From a virus (lineage: Duplodnaviria > Caudoviricetes): 36,346 nt of DNA. Shown piece after piece: positions 25,901 to 33,264 of this stretch. Position numbers and translations under genes: made by a program. The DNA lies in IMG/VR virus record IMGVR_UViG_3300036793_000045, positions 1-36,346 of that record; one strand, 5' to 3'. Positions within the stretch are counted from its first letter, which is position 1; each line of letters opens with the position of its first letter. The notes beneath the pieces were generated by a model, which saw only the letters and a program-made list of their open reading frames with translations, did not search any database and was not told the origin of the DNA.

Positions 25901-28900
25901 ACAAGGTGCCGCCGCACGAGCGGCTGATCAACCAGCGGTCTCCCTACCACGATCCGGCCGACCACCCGTTTTTCAAGAAGTACCCGGTCAGCCACGTCAA
26001 CATCGAGCACGCCTTCGACCTGTCATCCCCCGGTCAGCGCGAGCAGGGCATGCGCTGGTACCCGGACGCCGGGCTGGTTTCCACGGCCATGGCGCACGGA
26101 GACAGCCACCTCGGTGCCGGGCTGCTGTCGGCATTCAGCCCGCAGACGGCCTGGCCGGTCAACATGTTCAACGCAGCCAGGTCGGTGGAGCTTGGGCGGC
26201 CGATACAGCCGCACGAGGGCACCACCGTCATGGGGCAGCAGTCCAACGCCGCGCAGAAGATCTTCGATGGTGTCGGCTACGACGAAGCGCTGCCAGGGCC
26301 CAAGACCAACGCCTTCGCCCACCTGATCGAGAACGACGGGCTGGATGATCCTGATGATCCATATGGCCGGGTCGTGGTTGACCGTCATGCTGTCTCGGTT
26401 GCCGCCGGGCAGCGAGTCAGCGACATGGAAGCCCCGCCAATCGGCGACGACCGGTACTACCAGCACATCGCCGATGAGTACCGCAAGGCCGCGATCAACA
26501 TCAGCAAGCGCGAGGGGCGGATGGTCACGCCCAGCCAGCTCCAGGCGATCACCTGGCTGGTGCAGCAGGCGGCCAATGAAGCTGAGGATGCCGAGATGGC
26601 AAGGCAGGGTCTGCTCGACCCGGCCAAGGCCCGGCTGGCGAAAGGCCGGGTTACCCGCACCCGGAACGCCTGGGCCAACTGGATGAAGTACGCGGGCCAG
26701 CACGACCTGCAGGTGGCGCACGGCACCACGGCACTGTCCATGCTGCGGAATGCCTCGCTCGATGAGCTTGTTTACAGAGACATGCCAACCACCACAGACC
26801 TGGCCGCCTGGGAACACGAGCTGCGCGACACGCACGGGCGGTGGATCCGCGAGATCACTGTTGCTGACCTGCATCCCGGCGCACTGGTGCCCGGCAAGGC
26901 AGGCAGCAGCCGACCGGTCAGCCGTGAGGAGTTCCGGCAGATCGCCAGCCGTGGCCTTCAGCGGCTGGCAGAGATCAGCAAGACCGGCAGCGGGCCGCTC
27001 ACCGGGCTCGACCGCAACTGGGGCGACATCAAGGCCAAGACGTTCGTTGAGGTGCAGCAGCCCTGGGGCGGCGCGACGATCGACGCCCACACTGGCGAGG
27101 AGCTTCCGCAGGGCGCTGACCGGTACGCGCTGACTGTCAAGCCCACCGGCATGACTGCGGTCAGCGTGCCCGAGCACGCTACCGAGGCCGAGTTCAGCGC
27201 GGCCATGGACCAGGCACTCGCGCAGTTCCGGACCGAGCTGGAGAAGGGCTCGCGCAACCTGGGGATCTTCCACGATGACGACAACCACCGGATCGACATC
27301 GACCCGGTGCTGGTAGTGGACAGCCACGATGACGTCGAGTCTGTCGGCGCGTACACCCACGCCATCGGCGGCGCGTACCATTTCCAGAGTGGTGACGGCT
27401 TCTGGCCGCCGCACATCGAGGAAGCTCAGGAGCACTCGTGGCACAGTTCAAGGGACCAGGACAGTGGCGGTCAGCCGCTGACGCTGTCCAGCCAGGTCTC
27501 AGCCCCGAGCAGCTCGCCGAAATCGACGCAGCCGCTGACGATAACGGCGCAGATGACGGACCTGAGCTGGAAGGACGCCTGGCGGACGGAACGGAGAGGC
27601 CCGCACGGCGAGTGGACCAAGGGAACGCCTGACGAAGTCACCCCGATAGTCGGGGACCGCATCCTGAAGGACCGGGATGCCGAGACCGACCCGGTTACCA
27701 AGGGCATGCTGACCAGGGCCCTGCACGAGTTCGAGGGCAACGGGGACGGCTATAAGGCCGCCAGGCACCTGGAAAACGCGGCAGCGAGGGCACGGTCACA
27801 GGGGAACGAAGACAAGGCGGCGCATTTCCACGGGCTCGCGGTGTCTGCCCGGCAGCACCCGCCGCCCAAGGTAAACCCGAACGAGGGGTACCCCGGCGAG
27901 TTCTCCGAGAAGATCCGCAAGTACTGGCGCAACGAGATCAATGATGAGGCCAGGGACCATCTGAACCGGGCCAGCTCCGCCTGGGACGCCGGGCTCAGCT
28001 ACCTGGCTGCCTCGGAACTGCGCAAGGCCGCTGACACCTCCGGTGATCTTGTCGATGCCACCCGGTACAGCGACCTGGCCGACCGCATCCACTCAGCCAG
28101 CTCGGTTGCCGCGCAGGAGCAGAAGACAGCGCACGAGTACCTGGCCAAGGCGCAGCCGGTTGTCATGTCGGTTGTCGGCGGAAAGAGCAACTGGAGCGGC
28201 CAGGTAGGAATCTTCGACCAGCAGAACAGGCCGACCATCGCCGGGATGGCTTTCACAGACGGGCACATCGAGCTGTCTGATGCCGTGGTCGAGAACCTGC
28301 GCAGCGTCACGGGGCACAAGGGCCCGGTCGGGACTTCTGAGGCCTACGACCTGATGGTCCCGCTGCACGAGATGATCCACCAGGAGGGCATGACACCCGA
28401 CGACGACGCTGCCTACCGCTCCGGCTCGGCCGCGCAGTACGCCGAGGAGGGCTTCACCCAGCTCGGGACCGCGCTGCACGCGCCGGAGTTCTTCGACAAG
28501 CTGGGGCTCGGCAAGCGCGGGGTGTCCAACATGGTCGCTATGGGGCCGCTCGGCATACCCGTGGATGACCCGCAGTTCCTGCGCGCGGCGCACAAGTTCA
28601 CCGCTGACATGCAGGCCCAGTGGGCCAAGATGACCGGGAGCGACAACCCCGAGGTGCGGCGTGCGGCCGACAACCTGGGCCGCGATATCGAGGAGATCAA
28701 GCACAACCCGGATCAGATCAACTACCTCACCGCTAATGACGACTTCTCTGGCTCTCTGTCACAGATCCAGCACCTGGGCGATAGTGACCTGTCCGTCTGG
28801 GCTCAGGGCATGCGGGAGAGGCTGACCAAGATCCAGGAGATGCGCCAGGAGAAGCTGGCCTCGCTGCACGAGTACGCGGTGCGGATGTCCGACCCTGGCA

Positions 28901-29298
28901 GGATCATGGACTCCAACTCGTGGGGCTCCTATGACAACCAGACCAGGCTGGCGCTCAAATGGGCGCAGGACGTAGCGCATGCCGAGGGCATACCGACCGA
29001 CACCAGCAGCACGATCCTGAACGACAAAGGGCGCAAGCGCGTGATGGAGCTGGTAGACGAGATCAACCGGGTGGGCTCGGCCCAGAAGTTTCACGTCATG
29101 GCTCAGCAGCTCCTGCGAGCCGAGAAGCTCCCGGTCAAGCCTCCGGGCGCAGATAACATCGGGCCAGGGCTGACGACGTTTGAAGTCGGCGATGTCAAAG
29201 CCGACATTCAGAACCAGTTCGAGCCGTCCGGCGAGCACGGCTGGGGTGACCCGTACGGGGCCGCGCTCAAGGGACTGGATAACAGGGGGCTGATATGA
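22915..29298 (+). CDS. 2127-aa polyvalent protein/polyprotein with six tag-delimited modules (kinase; alpha/beta hydrolase; zincin; glycosylase-like; unknown; zincin)
   Basis: DRNPGN/IDH, GHSYG, HEFGH..E..AE, WY..SPQ..W..N..GPK..F..VDRHA..QAITW, HEMIH..EEG motifs, each module preceded by the W..E.R...GEW tag. Confidence 0.85.
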   Translation: MTTISEQLDLAGEGWRDAWRYEQRGAHGEWVKGLQDANGPDSPAVKHLASISEEDIRAASFKTPSRGIQGDTRILTLPGGEKVIDKTLKDFDTGERMGHYIIKAQDMADAEELGYYVSQAIGAGAPPVQRRSPTRILTGYVAGKTGSQWAAARLQKHQQEEYKDWGIDTEIAEKHAYDSTVVDQLGITHSPQGELIGVLDFLISNRDRNPGNFLIFRNRPVPIDHSSSSFDAEDPASDFTDDNDILRQTWPVAEWGPRLRALEPQFARMGRQAQYASMMHQFARLKPAPAQHSNITGQALELGWLGWQHEARNQYGEWSTDPLGDLKTARHVITYVPGVGSDKPELRTGEVERATRIKAIANVMAHGDSTAVAVFGYDSPDTIPAGLEHEKGLAAAKKLAAFQKKLMSENPYAHFTVVGHSYGSYVASQAAKLHGMKPDDLVFIGSPGTGARHASELGMPQGHVWAGAERRDLIPRLATLISPDLKGNPVHPAYGANVFAADAPLKLEGTDRLHSEAHGSYFLPGSMALPNIGAITTGDYGKVIKPWEPGSLAGYNELTEKFEKPPATVAASNITTQALEFAGWADAWRTELRGPNGEWISGPEHNDKLLKAATGHRASAVRLHDHVLYGKTELAPGGMRLQTRLVPMEVTGLHHHWEGQGKNRKRFTDMELKDPVTGETTSESVKDGNSVKMYRREDIKAMMAAEKVPAEKPAAAEPASPEGPSKKAMDEARRVVDPAGMSPEEHEAVSRELARNYDMMPAMIGKLKTLKLDPSISSYAAGISTPNDGIRLAPSTVHNMGLTQRDYEAREASGFYVRGDDENDHSPISGLRHLITHEFGHAVTWTQAGKLQISPEVQRAMAKAISGQDFPATTAGTRAAWKVLNDKRKTTRAVSGYGSSNWAELAAEAYAAWSLGDTGTAGKVGDSFVHMLDQVPPTSCDGLPLPGHAHQHASITGQALELAGGWRDAWLHEARGPHGEWIKGSAGVLQFPQREYKVPPHERLINQRSPYHDPADHPFFKKYPVSHVNIEHAFDLSSPGQREQGMRWYPDAGLVSTAMAHGDSHLGAGLLSAFSPQTAWPVNMFNAARSVELGRPIQPHEGTTVMGQQSNAAQKIFDGVGYDEALPGPKTNAFAHLIENDGLDDPDDPYGRVVVDRHAVSVAAGQRVSDMEAPPIGDDRYYQHIADEYRKAAINISKREGRMVTPSQLQAITWLVQQAANEAEDAEMARQGLLDPAKARLAKGRVTRTRNAWANWMKYAGQHDLQVAHGTTALSMLRNASLDELVYRDMPTTTDLAAWEHELRDTHGRWIREITVADLHPGALVPGKAGSSRPVSREEFRQIASRGLQRLAEISKTGSGPLTGLDRNWGDIKAKTFVEVQQPWGGATIDAHTGEELPQGADRYALTVKPTGMTAVSVPEHATEAEFSAAMDQALAQFRTELEKGSRNLGIFHDDDNHRIDIDPVLVVDSHDDVESVGAYTHAIGGAYHFQSGDGFWPPHIEEAQEHSWHSSRDQDSGGQPLTLSSQVSAPSSSPKSTQPLTITAQMTDLSWKDAWRTERRGPHGEWTKGTPDEVTPIVGDRILKDRDAETDPVTKGMLTRALHEFEGNGDGYKAARHLENAAARARSQGNEDKAAHFHGLAVSARQHPPPKVNPNEGYPGEFSEKIRKYWRNEINDEARDHLNRASSAWDAGLSYLAASELRKAADTSGDLVDATRYSDLADRIHSASSVAAQEQKTAHEYLAKAQPVVMSVVGGKSNWSGQVGIFDQQNRPTIAGMAFTDGHIELSDAVVENLRSVTGHKGPVGTSEAYDLMVPLHEMIHQEGMTPDDDAAYRSGSAAQYAEEGFTQLGTALHAPEFFDKLGLGKRGVSNMVAMGPLGIPVDDPQFLRAAHKFTADMQAQWAKMTGSDNPEVRRAADNLGRDIEEIKHNPDQINYLTANDDFSGSLSQIQHLGDSDLSVWAQGMRERLTKIQEMRQEKLASLHEYAVRMSDPGRIMDSNSWGSYDNQTRLALKWAQDVAHAEGIPTDTSSTILNDKGRKRVMELVDEINRVGSAQKFHVMAQQLLRAEKLPVKPPGADNIGPGLTTFEVGDVKADIQNQFEPSGEHGWGDPYGAALKGLDNRGLI

Positions 29299-29540
29299 GC
29301 AGCAACATGGCTCTGATCGCAACGACGGACGAAGGCCGGGAGGCCTACGCCGTGCTCGACCAGGTCAACAACGGAACGCTCGGGGCAGCCAGCGGGGTAG
29401 AGCAGATCAACGCCATCTACCAGCGCACCGAGCCGGAGACCAAGGCCTGGCAGGAAGTACGAGATGCCGGAGGCATCGCAGAACGCATAGCCAGCGCTAC
29501 CATGTCGTCAGATTCGATCACCAAGCAGGCAGGGCTGTAA
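29295..29540 (+). CDS. Small acidic protein downstream of the polyprotein
   Basis: ATGA overlap; AGGGGG RBS. Confidence 0.7.
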   Translation: MSSNMALIATTDEGREAYAVLDQVNNGTLGAASGVEQINAIYQRTEPETKAWQEVRDAGGIAERIASATMSSDSITKQAGL

Positions 29541-30182
29541 GTGGCAATCTTCTGGGTCGGCGGTGACGTTACAGATCTCGGCAACGAGGTGCCCGGAGAC
29601 GTGATTGACCTGGCGTTCCACCCGGACCAGCCTCGCGGGCCCGACGGGCGGTGGATCGGCCGGGGAGGCTGGACAGGCGGCGCTGGCATATCGCACATGC
29701 CCGAGAGCTTCGCGCCGCCGCCTGACGACTTCATGGAGCGCCAGCGCGCCACCCGCCGCCAGCTTGTCGCTGCGTCTCAGAAGCGCATCCTGGAGGCGCT
29801 GACTGCCTCCCCCGACAGTATGGACGACGAGCAGATCTACGCAGCCTCCCAGGTAATCGGCCAGCTCGCCCCGCACGACTATGCCGAGATCCGCCGCCGC
29901 ACGAAAGAAGTAGTCCCGGCGCACATCGCTGACCACGTTGACGCCAAGGTCGCAGCCCTGGCCAAGGATCTGCAGGGCGAGCAGAACCAGGACGCCAGGA
30001 AGAAGCTTGTCGGCGGGCTGGCGCTCGTACTAGGCGCGCTCGCGCTCTCGTTCATCACTGCCGGGCTCGGTGTGCCGGTAGGGATCGCGGCGCTCATCGG
30101 GATCTTGCCTGAGCTGGGCAAGGAGTACAAGGACTTCCTGGTTGACCGCAAAAAGGCATCACTTGTCGAGCGTGCCTCTTGA
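29541..30182 (+). CDS. Tagged protein with C-terminal hydrophobic hairpin
   Basis: IDLAFHPDQPRGPDGRW tag; LVGGLALVLGALALSFITAGLGVPVGIAALIGIL. Confidence 0.75.
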   Translation: MAIFWVGGDVTDLGNEVPGDVIDLAFHPDQPRGPDGRWIGRGGWTGGAGISHMPESFAPPPDDFMERQRATRRQLVAASQKRILEALTASPDSMDDEQIYAASQVIGQLAPHDYAEIRRRTKEVVPAHIADHVDAKVAALAKDLQGEQNQDARKKLVGGLALVLGALALSFITAGLGVPVGIAALIGILPELGKEYKDFLVDRKKASLVERAS

Positions 30183-30222
30183 CAGTTGACCTGCGGATCA
30201 TCTAACCCCGAAGATTAGCCAC

Positions 30223-31482
30223 ATGAGGACACCCCCGGCCTCTGCAGATCTGCAGCCAGATGTGCTCGACTTCGTTGGCCCGCACGGGTACGTGCACGGC
30301 TGGCGGTACGTCGGCGGTCCTGGCTTGCCGTCAACTGCGCCGGGCCGTGGTCATTCTCATGGTGTGGATCTCGGCGGCCACGCCCCCGAGTCATCTGAGG
30401 GCAGGCGGCGTGCATTCGCAGCCGGGCATGCTCTCCCGCCATCCAAGCCAGGCGGCAGGCCGGGTTTCCCGGTCACGGACGCTAAGCACTGGGAGAAAGC
30501 GCGGGACGCTGTCGGCCGGTCCGGCGGCGGAGCCCGGCGCAGGGCACTGGCCAAACTACTCGCGAAGACCGCGCCGGAGTTCGGCAAGTCCATCAAAGGC
30601 ACCTGGATCCAGCAGGAACTAAGCGGAGCGAGCAGCATGAGCAACGGGAGAAACACTGTGGAGTACGACCTGTCAGCCCGGTACCGCGCACTGAACTTGG
30701 CCGACGACGGTGACAACGACATGGACGACATGCCGGGCCGGGGCACGCTGGAATGCCCGAACTGCGGCTACCGGTCTGACAACTCTGACTTCCAGATCAA
30801 GGGCGGATCCTCGGGCACCAGTGACGCGGGGAAGCCGTCTGCATTGCAGACACCAGCCCCGAACGACAACGCGGGCAAGGCCGGATTCGCTCCGGGAAGC
30901 TCGGGCCTGCAGGTGCGCTCTCGCGGTGGCAGCTACATGTCCAACAGCGCAGGCCGTGGCATCGAGCTGGCCCGCCGTCAGGTCACCTCGGCCAGCGACA
31001 TAGTGGTGAGCAGGGGCGCGGACGGCTCGGCTGTCATCAGGCACCGTCGCGGCGGGGACACGATCGGCTCGATCGAGCGGCTGGCGGGTGGCCAGTGGGG
31101 CGGCAAGGTCGAGGGCGGCAGCGCGCTGCAGCCGCACACGCATCAGCGAGCCGCGCTTCAGGAGCTACTCGGGAGCTGGAATAAGGCGCAGGTCACGCCG
31201 TTCCGCCCGGCCATGCCCCTGCAGCAGGCTCCGGCTCAGACCCCGCTGATGAACCAGTTCGGGGTCACCAACGTGCGGGCGCTGGCCACTCCTACCAATG
31301 GCAGCTCTGACGGGCCGAGAACGACCAGCTCAGATTCCGGGTCAGACAGCGGGGATGGTCCTGCCGGTCTGAGTCCAAAAGGCGTTACCATCTACAAGAA
31401 GTTGATCGCGAAGGGATTCCCCGCCGCCCGAGCGCTCGCATTCGCACGTCGAGCAGAAAACTTCGGGCAGAAGGCTTCCTGA
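30223..31482 (+). CDS. Multi-module head protein (HGW tag, FP..A..A.GR module, CPNCG zinc ribbon)
   Basis: VLDFVGPHGYVHGW; GFPVTDAKHWEKARDAVGRS; ECPNCGY; MSN...IELA linkers; immediately precedes the protease. Confidence 0.75.
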   Translation: MRTPPASADLQPDVLDFVGPHGYVHGWRYVGGPGLPSTAPGRGHSHGVDLGGHAPESSEGRRRAFAAGHALPPSKPGGRPGFPVTDAKHWEKARDAVGRSGGGARRRALAKLLAKTAPEFGKSIKGTWIQQELSGASSMSNGRNTVEYDLSARYRALNLADDGDNDMDDMPGRGTLECPNCGYRSDNSDFQIKGGSSGTSDAGKPSALQTPAPNDNAGKAGFAPGSSGLQVRSRGGSYMSNSAGRGIELARRQVTSASDIVVSRGADGSAVIRHRRGGDTIGSIERLAGGQWGGKVEGGSALQPHTHQRAALQELLGSWNKAQVTPFRPAMPLQQAPAQTPLMNQFGVTNVRALATPTNGSSDGPRTTSSDSGSDSGDGPAGLSPKGVTIYKKLIAKGFPAARALAFARRAENFGQKAS

Positions 31483-31483
31483 G

Positions 31484-32668
31484 ATGCCAAGCGCGATCCT
31501 TACCCCGTTCACCGGACGGCCAGCCGAGTCAGTCGGCAACCGTCGGTGGCGCAAGCTGCTGTTGCCGGTAGGTGACGTGCAGTATCAGGGTCGCGTGCTG
31601 AAGTTCACCAAGGACTACCTGAAGTCACTGGCCGAGGCCTTCCGGGCCAAGGCCTACGACCAGACGCCCTTCCAGATCGCCGACCGTGACAACGCACACA
31701 CCAACGACCCTGAGCGTTTCCGTGGCGAGATCACCGACATGACGGTGGACAACAGCGGGCTGTGGATCGACCTGGAGCCTACCGAGCAGGGCGACAAGCT
31801 GCTGAAGATCAACCCGCGCCTGGGTGTGTCGGCGCGGATCATCGAGGGTTACGACCGCAGCGACGGCAAGTTTTTCCCTGCCGCAATCCAGCATGTGCTC
31901 GGGACACTCGACCCGAGGATTCCATCCATGGGCCCGTGGTCAACCGTTGAGGCATCCAACATGCCCGACGTTGTCGTGGACCTGAGCAATCTCCAGTTCA
32001 CCGGAGAGGAAGCACTGATCATGCCCGAACTGAACGCAGAGCAGCAGGCAAAGCTTGCCAGGCTGCTGGACCTCCCGCAAGAGTCGATCGAGGCCCTGGT
32101 TCAGGGCGTGCAGCTCCCTGACCTGTCCGATGCGGAGATCGAGCAGCTCCTGGACGAAGGGAACGGCTCCGACGGCGACCTGTCTGACGAGGAGCTGAAC
32201 GAGCTGCTGGCTGCGGCGCAGGAGCTGGACAGCAAGGGCCTGCTGGAAGGCGAGCCCGTGCTCACAGGCAGCTCGCTCAGCAACGCTGACCAGATGGCGA
32301 TCGAGCTGGCCAACGCCCGAGCCGACGAGACTGAGCGGCAGCTTTCGGTCGTGGTCAGTGAGCTGGACCAGCAGCGGTTCGTCAAGGAGCGCCGCGACCT
32401 GGCCGACCTGGGCGTTCCGCCCTACATCACTGACCTGGCCCGCCCCCTGCTTGAGGGCAGCGGACGAGTGGTGCAGCTCTCCAACGGCGGGCAGGCCGAC
32501 GCCGGGCAGATCATGCGCCGGGTCATCACCGAGTTCGCCAAGGCAGCGCAGATGCTCGACATGAGCATCGAGATGGGTTCGGCCATGGACGAGCCCGCGC
32601 AGCACCAGCAGGCTGACCAGGCTCGCGGCGAGCTGGTCGGGCGTTTCCGCACCATCACCGGGATCTAG
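31484..32668 (+). CDS. Mu gpI-like prohead protease fused to scaffold
   Basis: LLP.G..FT...L...F, H (NAHT), G.I..M....GLW....T..G, GVSA (Ser), HVLGT.DP.I; acidic coiled-coil C-terminal half. Confidence 0.82.
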   Translation: MPSAILTPFTGRPAESVGNRRWRKLLLPVGDVQYQGRVLKFTKDYLKSLAEAFRAKAYDQTPFQIADRDNAHTNDPERFRGEITDMTVDNSGLWIDLEPTEQGDKLLKINPRLGVSARIIEGYDRSDGKFFPAAIQHVLGTLDPRIPSMGPWSTVEASNMPDVVVDLSNLQFTGEEALIMPELNAEQQAKLARLLDLPQESIEALVQGVQLPDLSDAEIEQLLDEGNGSDGDLSDEELNELLAAAQELDSKGLLEGEPVLTGSSLSNADQMAIELANARADETERQLSVVVSELDQQRFVKERRDLADLGVPPYITDLARPLLEGSGRVVQLSNGGQADAGQIMRRVITEFAKAAQMLDMSIEMGSAMDEPAQHQQADQARGELVGRFRTITGI

Positions 32669-32710
32669 GCAAGAGATCAAGCCCCGGTCTAACCGAGAGA
32701 GGCAGGCGCA

Positions 32711-33244
32711 GTGAGCGCAGTAGTTCCGCACTACAAGGTCGGCGGGCCGATGAGCAAGCAGGCCGCCGGTCTCATCTTCGGCGGTGAGTTCGTCTGCGCC
32801 AACACCCAGACGGCTGGCACCACGGACCTGACAGTCAAGCTTGCCGACGCGACGTCTGCCCCGAGGACAAGCCTCGGCCTGGCGGGCGCGGACGGCAACG
32901 TGGTCGCCACCCAGACCGGCGCGGCCAACGCCTACGGCGAGCCAGCGATCGACTTGTCGGTCCTGCTCGACTACATCCCGGTCTACTACGGCGGCTGGGA
33001 CATCTGGGTCTGGTACTCGGGTTCCGCGACAGAAGGCCAGCCGCTGAAGCTCGCGCCTGCTGGCAACGCCAGCGGGACTGTTGTGGGCGCGACTGTCGGT
33101 ACCGACGGCTACGACCTGTTCGTTGCCCGGTGCACGCACCCCGGCGGTGTGGCAGCGGGCATGCTGACCCAGTCCATCGGCGGCGGCGCTGGCGGCGGGG
33201 GAACGTCCGTCTACTTCCTGGGCCGTGCCCGGCTCACGATCTGA
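32711..33244 (+). CDS. Capsid decoration/cement protein
   Basis: Gly/Ala/Thr-rich beta protein between scaffold and major capsid protein. Confidence 0.65.
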   Translation: MSAVVPHYKVGGPMSKQAAGLIFGGEFVCANTQTAGTTDLTVKLADATSAPRTSLGLAGADGNVVATQTGAANAYGEPAIDLSVLLDYIPVYYGGWDIWVWYSGSATEGQPLKLAPAGNASGTVVGATVGTDGYDLFVARCTHPGGVAAGMLTQSIGGGAGGGGTSVYFLGRARLTI

Positions 33245-33264
33245 ACACTGGAAAGGTGTAGGCC

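Larger units (their letters stand above)
20109..30303 (+). repeat. Dispersed coding repeat (peptide tag) in five ORFs
   Basis: Copies begin near 20109, 20619, 22915, 23788, 24625, 25768, 26794, 27541, 29574; divergent variants at 21261, 21710, 30257; DNA CAGGCGCTGGAG identical at 23806, 24643, 25786. Confidence 0.9.

Noticed and set aside
22915-29298. Tape measure protein or intein-containing protein
   Set aside because: Lies upstream of the capsid gene and has discrete enzyme motifs rather than TMP helical repeats; no C/S...HN intein ends or LAGLIDADG motifs at module borders
20109-29654. Diversity-generating retroelement or shufflon explaining the repeats
   Set aside because: No reverse transcriptase or recombinase in the window; repeats are short, direct, in-frame and differ largely at synonymous positions rather than adenines
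30179-30222. Sigma70-type promoter from TTGACA at 30179
   Set aside because: No TAnnnT hexamer at 16-18 bp spacing
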